DNA of 64,000 nt from Clostridia bacterium (GTDB lineage: Bacteria > Bacillota > Clostridia > Christensenellales > CAG-314). The notes under the pieces are model-generated. The model worked only from the letters and a program-made list of their open reading frames with translations. It searched no databases and was not told where the DNA came from. Made by a program: the position numbers and the translations under genes. Position 1 is the stretch's first letter, and each line of letters begins with the position of its first letter. This document shows positions 44,910-53,840 of the stretch, one piece after another. The stretch spans positions 6,651 through 70,650 of the forward strand of contig CAAGHL010000058.1 of the NCBI GenBank assembly GCA_900769665.1, in the 5' to 3' direction.

Positions 44910-45983
44910 ATGGAAAACTTACAAATTGCATTTTCGTTGTATGCAGATGTACCGAAGAAACAGGTGGAGCAAGAAATCGCTCGACAACAAAAACTACTTA
45001 GCGACCTTACTACCGCCGAGCAAACGGACGAAGTGATTGCCGCGACGGCGCAGGTGCAAGATAACATCAAATTGTTGCAAGCAAAGCGAAAAAACATTAT
45101 CGGCAAGAATGTCGGCAGTGTTGTCAGCTCGATATTCAAGTGGATTATGTGGGCGATATTGATCGTGTATTGCATTTCGCTACTTTTTTTGCCCGTTTGG
45201 ATGTTGCTGACGGCATTCAAGGATCCTATCGAATACACACTAAACCCGTTTGCGTTCCCGACGTCGTTCAAGTTTGACAACTTTGTCAATGTGTTCAGTC
45301 ACTTGCAGATAGAAATCGATTATCAGACATCCTACAATATGTTGCAAATGGCAGGTTTCAGCTTTTTGTATGCGGCAGGATTTACCATCGTCGACCTTTT
45401 TTTGACTGCAATTTCAGCATACGTAATAGCAAAATACCGTTTCCCGGGCAGAAACCTGTTGTACACAATAGGTATCGTCGTAATGATCGTGCCGATTGTC
45501 GGCAGTTTGCCTTCGGCAATGCAAATCAGCAAGGCACTCGGCGTGTACGACAACATGCTGTTGCGCATCTTGCTTTGCCACGGATGTGTGTTTAGCGGAT
45601 TCAACTTCCTACTGTTACACGGCAACTTCAAGGAGATGCCTTGGGACTACGCCGAGGCGGTGTTTATCGACGGCGGCAACCATTACACGGCGTTTTTCAA
45701 GATGTATTTGCCGATGATTTTTCCGACGTTGATGGTGTTGTTCGTGCTTGGTTTCTTGGGCGGTTGGAACGACTACGAAACCTTCATGGTGTGGTTGCCT
45801 AGTACGCCAAACCTGGCATACGGCATGTATTTGTTCCAGGGCAAGGCAAAGGCGTTGTACAAGAGTAACATTACCGAGGTAATGGCTGGTTTCACAATGG
45901 TAGTAATACCAACTGTCGCATTGTACTTTGCAAGTCAAAAGACAATCATGAGTAAGTATACCGTCGGCGGTTTGAAAGGCTGA
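44910..45983 (+). CDS. Carbohydrate ABC transporter permease (LplC-like) with a ~70-aa N-terminal extension
   Basis: EAA-loop AEAVFIDGGNHYTAFFKMYLPMIFP. GGAGG RBS. A charged helical N-terminus (KKQVEQEIARQQKLLSDLTTAEQ...) precedes TM1. Confidence 0.9.
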   Translation: MENLQIAFSLYADVPKKQVEQEIARQQKLLSDLTTAEQTDEVIAATAQVQDNIKLLQAKRKNIIGKNVGSVVSSIFKWIMWAILIVYCISLLFLPVWMLLTAFKDPIEYTLNPFAFPTSFKFDNFVNVFSHLQIEIDYQTSYNMLQMAGFSFLYAAGFTIVDLFLTAISAYVIAKYRFPGRNLLYTIGIVVMIVPIVGSLPSAMQISKALGVYDNMLLRILLCHGCVFSGFNFLLLHGNFKEMPWDYAEAVFIDGGNHYTAFFKMYLPMIFPTLMVLFVLGFLGGWNDYETFMVWLPSTPNLAYGMYLFQGKAKALYKSNITEVMAGFTMVVIPTVALYFASQKTIMSKYTVGGLKG

Positions 45984-46067
45984 TTGGCATATTTAGCTGC
46001 CGAGTATTGCCGTTAGGCATGACAATTACGACATTTTATGCGGCATTACGTCGCACATAAGGAAAAC

Positions 46068-49000
46068 ATGAATAAAAAAATACCAATAGTAATATTGATG
46101 TGCTTGATTGTGGCGGTTGCTCTTGTTTCCTGTACTCCGACTACGCCCGACAATCCATCGCAACCCGAGCAGCCAATAGGTGAAAAATCGCTCGATGACA
46201 GTGCTATTTCCGAAACTGCCAAAGTGTATTCCTCCCTTGCGATAACTTCCTGTAAAGGCAAGTGGGGCAATGCGACTTACGCCGTCGAGGCGGAAATAAC
46301 AACTCCGTCGGGCAAGACGGAAACGACCAAAAGCAACTATGTTGTGACGGAAGAGGGCGTGTACAACGTCAAGTTGACGGCTAACGTCGGTGGCGAAACG
46401 CTTACCAAGACAAAATCCGTTACCGTCGGCGGATACTCGGCGCAAGCTTTGTTTTCTGCGAGCAACGCAACGATCATTGCTGAAAATATCTCCGTTGCCG
46501 ACAAACTTCGCACGGGGACTGCCAATACGAGCGGCATGCAGGTGTCGATCAATCAAAGCAGCGTATTCAACTACAAGCCCGTTGTCGACCTCAACGAGGT
46601 CAGGGGCAATTTGATAGAGTTCGTCCCCAACTACTTAGCCAAGTCGCGTGACCTTCGTGCGGTCAAACTTGTTCTTACCGACGCATACGACAGCGCAAAC
46701 AAGTTGGAAGTTTTGTTTCAACTTAACACGGGTGTAGGCGGCGTGCCCGACAGCAAACTCGGCCAAGGCGAGTCGCAAGCATTTATTTCGGTTACGTTCA
46801 ACGGCGTTACCACCGCAAACGGAAACTACCCCGGCTTGTACGACGTTGTGGTGTGCTTTAACCAAAACTTTTTGCCATATTTCCCGTTCCACGACGGATT
46901 CCGTCCGCAAAGCAACGACCCTGTGCAAATTCGTTTCGACAACGCAACAAACAAGTTCTATACAAAGTTGTCGGACGGCGACTACATGGTCATGGACGTA
47001 TCCGACCCGACGGACGAATACGCTGACTTCAAGGGCTTTACCACGGGCGAAGTGTACTTGTCCGTGCAAGGTGTTATCGGTAGCGGTGACATTGTGCTTA
47101 CCAAGCTCGGCAACACCGTGCTGTCCGATGTTGGCAAAGACGACTACAAAAACGCCAACAACGGCTTTTTGACTGGCGGTTACGATGTAAACAACATGCT
47201 AGTCGGCTTTGTCGGCTACCCGTATTACATCCCGACGGATATGGATGGCGTTACGGCAAAACTGTTTTGCAAGGGCGAGGGCGAAACTAAGTTTTCCGAC
47301 GTAAGCGACAAGCTTGCCGACGGATTTGTGCCCGACAAAGCAGGCGAGTACTACGTGCGATACCAAGTTACCAACAATTACGGCTACAAAACAAATGTGG
47401 ACACGTCGCACTTCCAAGTGTATGCCACGCCAAAGGACGCCGGATTGGAAATTAAAGCTACTTTCGACGGCAAATTGTCGGCAAAGTTATTTGATCTGTT
47501 TGCAGTTCCCGAAATCGACGTTGTGGGAGGTAGCGGCAAGCTGTCGCTAGAGTACTTTGCCGTTGTGGACGGCGTGGAAACTGCGGCGCATCCCAACCAA
47601 CGTTTGGCTATTTTGCAAAAGGGACAGAATGTTGCCGTCAAGGTGGTTGCCACCGACCAAATGAGTTACAGCGAAGAGTTTGTCTTCCCCGTGGCAATCG
47701 ACAACAACGTTACTCGTTTCGAGCTTGTCGGGTGCTACGACGAAATTACAGTGATGTACGGCGACGAAATTACCGTTCCTGCTTATACGGCAATCGACTT
47801 CTCGCAAGACGATGTTTTCGCAAACAACCTTACGCTGGACATTTTGCAAGGCAAGAGTAAGCAACTCAATGTGGGCGACAAAATCACCGTTTACGGTGAA
47901 ACGACCATTGTTTATTTGCTCGACGGCGAACAAAAACTTGCGCTCAACGTCCATTGCGTGCCCGAAACAATCGATACGGTGGAGGGCGGCAACACAATCG
48001 ACAAGCAATTTGGCAATGTTGCGGGACTTGGCTCGGCTACGGCGTACGACGAAGGCACTTTCTTTGCATTTGACGGCAGTACGGACAACGTCAAGTTGCC
48101 TATGCCGTACACGCTGTCGGCAAGCAACCTCAAGTTTAGTTTCGGCGTGTTTGACGGCACTGCAATAAACAGCGTTAGCGTTACTCTGGCAGACAAACGT
48201 CAAGGATACGAACTTAACTTCCGACTGACTGACCTTGCGGCAAAACCTGTGTTGTGGCTAAACGGCAACGAAACAACGTGGCAAATCACCACAACCAAAC
48301 AAACGGCGACAAACGGCAAGTACGCAGGTAAAAGTTACTACTTGTACACATTTATCTTCGACGGCGGACTGAAAGTCGTGCAAAACGCATACGAAATGAC
48401 CGTCGGTAATGTCGACGCTTGGACAAACGGAGTTGACTTTGACGGTTTCGATATGTGCGGTGCCAAGGTGACGTTTGTCGTAGACGGAACAAACGGCGGC
48501 GATGCGTTTTTGCTCAATACCGTATCCAACCAAACCTTTACCAAGTCGGCATTCGAGTTTGGCGACAGAGTTGTCCCTGCGTTGGCATTCGACGGCGCAA
48601 TCAGTAGCGGAATCGTGGATCTCGGCACAAGCGTTTTTGTACCCAAAGCATACGTGTACGACGTACTCAGTTATTCGTCGACAATCAAGATGTCGGTAAT
48701 TACGCCCGACGGCTCATATATCTACCAAAACGTTGCTCCGCGTGCGTGTACGATCGACTTTACCGAGTACGGTCGTTACCGCGTTTCCTACACGATAGCC
48801 GACAATGGCGGCAAGGGACAAAGCCGCACTTACACGTACATCTTCGATTGCCTTGACAAAGAGCCGCCGCAAATAATGCTTGACGGCAACTACGACAAGG
48901 AGTACAAGGCAGGAAAGAAAATCACAGTGATCGGTGCGCAAGCTACGGACAACACTTCCGACGTTACATTGACTGTGCTTTTGTACAATCAATCGACGAT

Positions 49001-49127
49001 GGTGTACACGCCGACAAAAATCGGTGACAAATTGAAACTTGCGGCAGGCAAATACACAATTGTGTACTATGCCACCGACGAAAACGGCAACTTTGCAACT
49101 CAAAAATTCGATATTACGGTAAAGTAG
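46068..49127 (+). CDS. 1019-aa lipoprotein of unknown function (Ig-like end domains, two LamG/jelly-roll-like central domains)
   Basis: AAGGAAAA lies before ATG 46068. Lipobox VALVSC. No catalytic motif recognised. The N- and C-terminal ~90-aa segments resemble each other in pattern (EEGVYNVKLTA... / AAGKYTIVYYATDENG...). Confidence 0.8.
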   Translation: MNKKIPIVILMCLIVAVALVSCTPTTPDNPSQPEQPIGEKSLDDSAISETAKVYSSLAITSCKGKWGNATYAVEAEITTPSGKTETTKSNYVVTEEGVYNVKLTANVGGETLTKTKSVTVGGYSAQALFSASNATIIAENISVADKLRTGTANTSGMQVSINQSSVFNYKPVVDLNEVRGNLIEFVPNYLAKSRDLRAVKLVLTDAYDSANKLEVLFQLNTGVGGVPDSKLGQGESQAFISVTFNGVTTANGNYPGLYDVVVCFNQNFLPYFPFHDGFRPQSNDPVQIRFDNATNKFYTKLSDGDYMVMDVSDPTDEYADFKGFTTGEVYLSVQGVIGSGDIVLTKLGNTVLSDVGKDDYKNANNGFLTGGYDVNNMLVGFVGYPYYIPTDMDGVTAKLFCKGEGETKFSDVSDKLADGFVPDKAGEYYVRYQVTNNYGYKTNVDTSHFQVYATPKDAGLEIKATFDGKLSAKLFDLFAVPEIDVVGGSGKLSLEYFAVVDGVETAAHPNQRLAILQKGQNVAVKVVATDQMSYSEEFVFPVAIDNNVTRFELVGCYDEITVMYGDEITVPAYTAIDFSQDDVFANNLTLDILQGKSKQLNVGDKITVYGETTIVYLLDGEQKLALNVHCVPETIDTVEGGNTIDKQFGNVAGLGSATAYDEGTFFAFDGSTDNVKLPMPYTLSASNLKFSFGVFDGTAINSVSVTLADKRQGYELNFRLTDLAAKPVLWLNGNETTWQITTTKQTATNGKYAGKSYYLYTFIFDGGLKVVQNAYEMTVGNVDAWTNGVDFDGFDMCGAKVTFVVDGTNGGDAFLLNTVSNQTFTKSAFEFGDRVVPALAFDGAISSGIVDLGTSVFVPKAYVYDVLSYSSTIKMSVITPDGSYIYQNVAPRACTIDFTEYGRYRVSYTIADNGGKGQSRTYTYIFDCLDKEPPQIMLDGNYDKEYKAGKKITVIGAQATDNTSDVTLTVLLYNQSTMVYTPTKIGDKLKLAAGKYTIVYYATDENGNFATQKFDITVK

Positions 49128-49136
49128 GTGACGACA

Positions 49137-51182
49137 ATGACAAAGAAAAGATTTATATTCGGTTTGACCGCTTTACTTATGCTTGTTACCGCTTGTTTTG
49201 CCTTTGTCGGTTGCAACGACAACAGCGGCGACAGAACGTTGCCCGACGTTGGCGAAATGATTGCCGACGGGCAAACAACCTACAAGGTGATTGTACCGTC
49301 CAACGCAAGCGCCACGCAGGAATACGCCGCACAACAAATTTGCAACTACTTTGCGCAAGTTACGGGCGTTGCTATGAGTTACGTTGCCGACAGCGGGGAG
49401 TCTTACGACAGCAACAGTACGATTATTTCTCTCGGCAAGACTTCGGCGTACAACACCGCAGTCAAAAACCACAAAAACGTTGACGTATCGCGCAAAACGC
49501 TCAACGACGACGGTTTTGTGATGTTTACCGACGGCAAGTCGTTGTTTATCGACAGCTACAACGACCGAGGTATCATGTACGGCGCATTCGAGTTTATCGA
49601 GCAAAACCTCGGAGTAAAGTTTTTGACCTACGACTACACCTACGTGCCTACGGCTACGCAAGTGGTGCTGAAAGGCTACGACAAAACTTGCGTTTCGCCT
49701 TTCCGACAAAGAGTGTACCTCAATACTCCGATTTGGTACCAAGATACCGATTATGTAGCGCATCTCAGGTACAACACCGACTTCTGCAATATGCCGGATA
49801 ACATGGGTGACTCTACCAAGTGGTGCTACTATGGTAGCGGCGGCGACGCAACGCATACGGGATTTCGTATTGTGGTGCCCGGCGATTACATGGAAACCGT
49901 AGACGGCGAAACACGCATAAAAAGCGAATACGTAGACTGTTTTTCGCACACGGGTAGCGGCGAAACCGAAACGACGTATTGGTTTGAAGGCGCGCTCGGC
50001 GAACCGCACGATTTGTGCTTTACAAGCGGCATAAACGAAGACGGTACGCCGGACATGACCAAGGAAAACACAACGGTGCGTTTGGTTGCCGAGTCGCTCA
50101 AACGCTGGATAGTGGAGGACGCCGACGCCGAGTTTTACATGGTTGGTCAAGCCGACCGCTCCTACGGTTGCCCGTGCGACAGATGCAAGGCGGCGCGTGA
50201 CAAGTATATGGACAGCGGCTTGATGGTGCGCTTTATCAACGCCGTATCACAAATTCTTGACGATTGGAAGCAAACGGAAAACATAACAAAGGAATACAGC
50301 CTTGTAATTTTCGCTTATTCCTACAGCGAAAAGGCTCCCGTGCGTGACGGAAAAGTTATTGACAGTACAGTGATTCCTGCCGATGACGTGTATGTGCGTT
50401 ACGCTCCTATCCGCGGCTCGTACTACTACTCTTTGCAAGACGAACGCCAAACCGACGACGTTAAAAACATCTACGAAGATTGGGGAAAAATTACCGATCG
50501 ACTGATGATTTGGACGTACCACGACATATACAGTAACTGGTTTTGGTACTATCCGACCTATCAGGCAATGAGCAGTGACCTACAAATGCTCGAGTCCGTC
50601 GGTACGGAATATGCCATGGCGCAAAGTACATTCCTTGAAAACGGAGTTTACACTCAACACCTTAACGCTTATATTCATAGTAAGTTGTGTTGGAATACTA
50701 AGGCGGATGTCGGGGCAATTCGCGACGAATTTTTGTACTACTACTTCGGTGAAGAGGCATACGAATATATGCGCGAGTTTCACGTTCGTATGGATGACCG
50801 CTATGCGCTTATGGCGGCAAACAGCGGTAGCCCCATGATATCCAACCTTTCCAAAAACGGCGTAAATCAGGACGGCTACTGGACGTACAACTTCCTTAAT
50901 GAGATTGTCGAATTGTTTGACAAAGCGATTGCCGCGGTAAACGCCAACGAAGGCTATACGATCGAGCAAAAGGCAATGTACGTAGAGCATATACAAAAAG
51001 CTTCGCTTCAACCGCTGTACATGCGTTGGTACAACGCCAAGGCAAACGGCTACACCGAAAACGAGCAAATCGCGCTTGTTTCCGAGTGGGTTACTTTGGC
51101 TGAAAAGTACGGCGTAACCAAATATGGCGAAAATATTGCGCTGACAATTGCCGCGATAAAGGCGCAGTTCGGCTTGCAATAA
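49137..51182 (+). CDS. DUF4838-family lipoprotein (putative uncharacterised glycoside hydrolase), 681 aa
   Basis: Lipobox FAFVGC. N-terminal block YKVIVPSNASATQEYAAQQICNYFAQVTG...DDGFVMFTDGKSLFIDSYNDRGIMYGAFEFIEQ and Cys motif CPCDRCKAA, as I recall for DUF4838. AGGTGA lies before ATG 49137 (alternative start GTG 49128). Confidence 0.75.
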   Translation: MTKKRFIFGLTALLMLVTACFAFVGCNDNSGDRTLPDVGEMIADGQTTYKVIVPSNASATQEYAAQQICNYFAQVTGVAMSYVADSGESYDSNSTIISLGKTSAYNTAVKNHKNVDVSRKTLNDDGFVMFTDGKSLFIDSYNDRGIMYGAFEFIEQNLGVKFLTYDYTYVPTATQVVLKGYDKTCVSPFRQRVYLNTPIWYQDTDYVAHLRYNTDFCNMPDNMGDSTKWCYYGSGGDATHTGFRIVVPGDYMETVDGETRIKSEYVDCFSHTGSGETETTYWFEGALGEPHDLCFTSGINEDGTPDMTKENTTVRLVAESLKRWIVEDADAEFYMVGQADRSYGCPCDRCKAARDKYMDSGLMVRFINAVSQILDDWKQTENITKEYSLVIFAYSYSEKAPVRDGKVIDSTVIPADDVYVRYAPIRGSYYYSLQDERQTDDVKNIYEDWGKITDRLMIWTYHDIYSNWFWYYPTYQAMSSDLQMLESVGTEYAMAQSTFLENGVYTQHLNAYIHSKLCWNTKADVGAIRDEFLYYYFGEEAYEYMREFHVRMDDRYALMAANSGSPMISNLSKNGVNQDGYWTYNFLNEIVELFDKAIAAVNANEGYTIEQKAMYVEHIQKASLQPLYMRWYNAKANGYTENEQIALVSEWVTLAEKYGVTKYGENIALTIAAIKAQFGLQ

Positions 51183-51200
51183 ACTTGTTGCCTGACTAAA

Positions 51201-51229
51201 CGAAAAGGGAAGCAAAACTTCCCTTTTCG
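51201..51229. terminator. Bidirectional intrinsic terminator
   Basis: Perfect 12-bp stem CGAAAAGGGAAG / CTTCCCTTTTCG with a 5-nt loop, between convergent genes. Confidence 0.75.
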
Positions 51230-51302
51230 AATGTGTTTACTTTGCGCGCATGAACGCAAGTGTAAGCAAAATTTATATATGTATCAGAAAATTTGCGACA
51301 AA

Positions 51303-52145
51303 TCAGTCGTTTTGCTCGGCGTTTTCCGTAAACTTTTTGCGGTAATCCGTCGGCGACATGCCTACATTTTTGCTGAAATATTTGTAAAAGTACGGCATGG
51401 ACGAAAACCCGCAGTTAAGGGCAATGTTACTTACCGACATGTCGCTTTTGCGCAACCACAGTTTGGCTTCTTTCAGTCGACACTGCATTGCGTATTCCAT
51501 TATCGATACTCCGCGCGCCTTTTTGAAAGAGTGTATCAGCGTACTCTTGGCGCAGTAAAAGATTTTGGTAAGTTCGTCTATAGAAATTTGTTGGTTGAAG
51601 TGCGTTTCGATGTAACTTGCCACTGAATCCGTCAGTTTGGACGATTCCTTTTTGTTGTAGGGCAATACGTCGGTGTCGAAATAGCGTTGCGTTTCCAACA
51701 ATACAAGGTCAAGCAATTTGCTCATCACTTGCGCCGTGTTTTTCTCGGGTTTCTTTGCCTCGCGGTAGATAAACTCGATGTAGGTGCGCAAGCGATTGTC
51801 CGTCGGGGTAAACCAACTTTTGCTCAGGTCGTCGGGTATGCCGAACTTTACGTTGCGTATACCGAGTATTAGGTACTCCGTTGTTTCGTTAGGGCGTGCG
51901 TATGCGCTATGCAATGTGTAGGGGTTCATCACCCAAAAGTCGCCCTCGCGCACTCTTCTGCGTACCGACTCTATGGTCATTTCGCCTGTGCCGCTTCTGC
52001 AAAGCCAAATTTCCGTCAAGCCGTGTATTACACTTTTGTTTTCGAAGTCGGTGATGATGTCGGAGTTGACGTATTCCAGTATCGGCGCAATGCTTTGCCC
52101 GCCGAAATACATATCGGTATCTATACGATTGTATATCTCTGCCAT
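51303..52145 (-). CDS. AraC-family transcriptional regulator (cupin-like sensor + HTH_18), 280 aa
   Basis: C-terminal ISIDELTKIFYCAKSTLIHSFKK...SNIALNCGFSSMPYFYKYFSKNVGMSPTDYRKKF. GGAGGA lies before the MAEIYN start (52145). Confidence 0.9.
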   Translation of the reverse strand: MAEIYNRIDTDMYFGGQSIAPILEYVNSDIITDFENKSVIHGLTEIWLCRSGTGEMTIESVRRRVREGDFWVMNPYTLHSAYARPNETTEYLILGIRNVKFGIPDDLSKSWFTPTDNRLRTYIEFIYREAKKPEKNTAQVMSKLLDLVLLETQRYFDTDVLPYNKKESSKLTDSVASYIETHFNQQISIDELTKIFYCAKSTLIHSFKKARGVSIMEYAMQCRLKEAKLWLRKSDMSVSNIALNCGFSSMPYFYKYFSKNVGMSPTDYRKKFTENAEQND

Positions 52146-52282
52146 GGTTTCCTCCTTGCAAAGCGACAATGTCAAATTGTAGCTGTTGTGGAAAAATAGT
52201 GCATTTGTTGCAAGTTTTCTCTTATTGTAGCACTATTTGCTACATTTGGCAACGGTTTGCTTAGCTTCGACTTTGGTTGGGT

Positions 52283-52332
52283 TTGACAGACGTAAAGCGA
52301 TTTTGTAATTATTTGTGCCAAACGTTGGCAAC
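52283..52332 (+). promoter_or_regulatory. Promoter candidate plus palindromic operator candidate upstream of the GH29 gene
   Basis: TTGACA at 52283-52288, with TGtAATTAT about 17-18 nt downstream. Palindrome TGCCAA-ACG-TTGGCA at 52316-52330. TTGGCAAC also occurs at 52246-52253. Confidence 0.35.
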
Positions 52333-52367
52333 CTTGTCATCGTTTGTAGCAGTGTAAAGGTGTAAAT

Positions 52368-53561
52368 ATGTGTAAAAAAACTTATGTGGAAGAATTTGAA
52401 CAGCGCGGTTTCGGTTTGTTTGTGCACTTCGGCTTGTACAGCGTGGTGGGCAAAGGAGAGTGGTACTACCGCTTGAACAAAAACTGCGACCCCGTCGCGT
52501 ATCATAATTTGATGAGTAAGTTTGTTGTCAAGCGTGATTGGGCAACCAAGCTTGTTGCCGTTGCCAAAAAGGCAGGGTGCAAGTACATTACGCTGACGGT
52601 GCGCCATCACGATGGTTTCAGTTTGTACGACACTTGCGGACTAAACGACTACGACGCACCGCATTCCGCATGCGGGCGTGACCTGATTGCCGAGTTTGTG
52701 TATGCGTGCAACAAGGGTGGCGTAGCGCCGTTTTTCTACCATACGTGGTTGGACTGGTGCAATACCGACTACACGCAAAACTTTCCTAAGTACATGGATT
52801 ACCTCAACAAAAGTATCGAAATCTTGTGTACCAAGTACGGTAAGATAGGCGGTTTTTGGTTTGACGGCGCATGGGATCGGTCAATCGATTGGCACGAAGA
52901 CGAAATCTACGGCACTATACGCAAGTATCAGCCGCATGCAATCATTGTCAACAATACGGGACTTTCCGAGCTTGGCAAAACCGGACATCCCCAAATCGAT
53001 TGCGTAACTTTCGAGCGTGGCAATCCGTTTTTGGTGTCGGACAGTCGCAGTATTGCCGGGGAAATGTGCCAAGTGCTAAACGACCATTGGGGTTACGCCG
53101 CAACGGACATCGACTACAAACCCGTGTCCGAGCTTATCGGCAACCTTGTGGAGTGCCGTGCATGCAACTGCAATTTGTTGCTTAACACGGGGTTGAAGGG
53201 CGACGGCACGGTGCGTGACATCGACAAGTGCATTTTGACGGAAATAGGCAATTGGATACGCGCTAACAAAAACTTTATTTACGGCGCTAGGCACAGTGCG
53301 GTTGCGGCTGACAATGCTACCTTACTTACCGACGGAACGTATTTGTATGCAGTGGTGCACAACGTGCCCGTAAGCGGCGACGAAAACGTCAATCGTCATC
53401 TTGCTAAAACAGTGGTAACGTTGGATGGCAAAATCAAACGTGCCATATGGCTGGACAATGGTGAAGAAGTGGAGCTTGCCGCGCCGAACGCATTTGTAGT
53501 CAAACCATTCGACTACGGCACAAGCGGTGCATTGCGTGTGGCTAAGATAAAGTTGAAGTAG
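52368..53561 (+). CDS. GH29 alpha-L-fucosidase (397 aa, cytoplasmic)
   Basis: FGLFVHFGLYSVVGKGEWYY, KYITLTVRHHDGFSLYDT and GGFWFDGAWD are GH29-type blocks. Confidence 0.88.
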   Translation: MCKKTYVEEFEQRGFGLFVHFGLYSVVGKGEWYYRLNKNCDPVAYHNLMSKFVVKRDWATKLVAVAKKAGCKYITLTVRHHDGFSLYDTCGLNDYDAPHSACGRDLIAEFVYACNKGGVAPFFYHTWLDWCNTDYTQNFPKYMDYLNKSIEILCTKYGKIGGFWFDGAWDRSIDWHEDEIYGTIRKYQPHAIIVNNTGLSELGKTGHPQIDCVTFERGNPFLVSDSRSIAGEMCQVLNDHWGYAATDIDYKPVSELIGNLVECRACNCNLLLNTGLKGDGTVRDIDKCILTEIGNWIRANKNFIYGARHSAVAADNATLLTDGTYLYAVVHNVPVSGDENVNRHLAKTVVTLDGKIKRAIWLDNGEEVELAAPNAFVVKPFDYGTSGALRVAKIKLK

Positions 53562-53592
53562 AAATATAGATAAATCGAATTACCAATCAATC

Positions 53593-53630
53593 AAACCGAC
53601 GGACGACAAATCTGTCGGTTTTATTCTTTT
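53593..53630 (+). terminator. Intrinsic terminator
   Basis: 11-bp stem AAACCGACGGA / TCTGTCGGTTT (one G-U pair) followed by T-rich TATTCTTTT. Confidence 0.65.
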
Positions 53631-53840
53631 GCGACAATTGTTTTTGTCAGTGTCAACTCGGCAATATCTGTACTAATAGTTGCAATATTTGTAATGTATC
53701 GCCTGTTGTGTTTTGGTAAGATTACAGTGCAGGGTTTTATGACGTCAATTGTCTGTTTTATAGACGTGTTTGAGGCGTTTTACCTTGCGATGTTGTAGAA
53801 ATCAGTGCTTTGCGCACAATAATAAATAAGGAGAAACACT

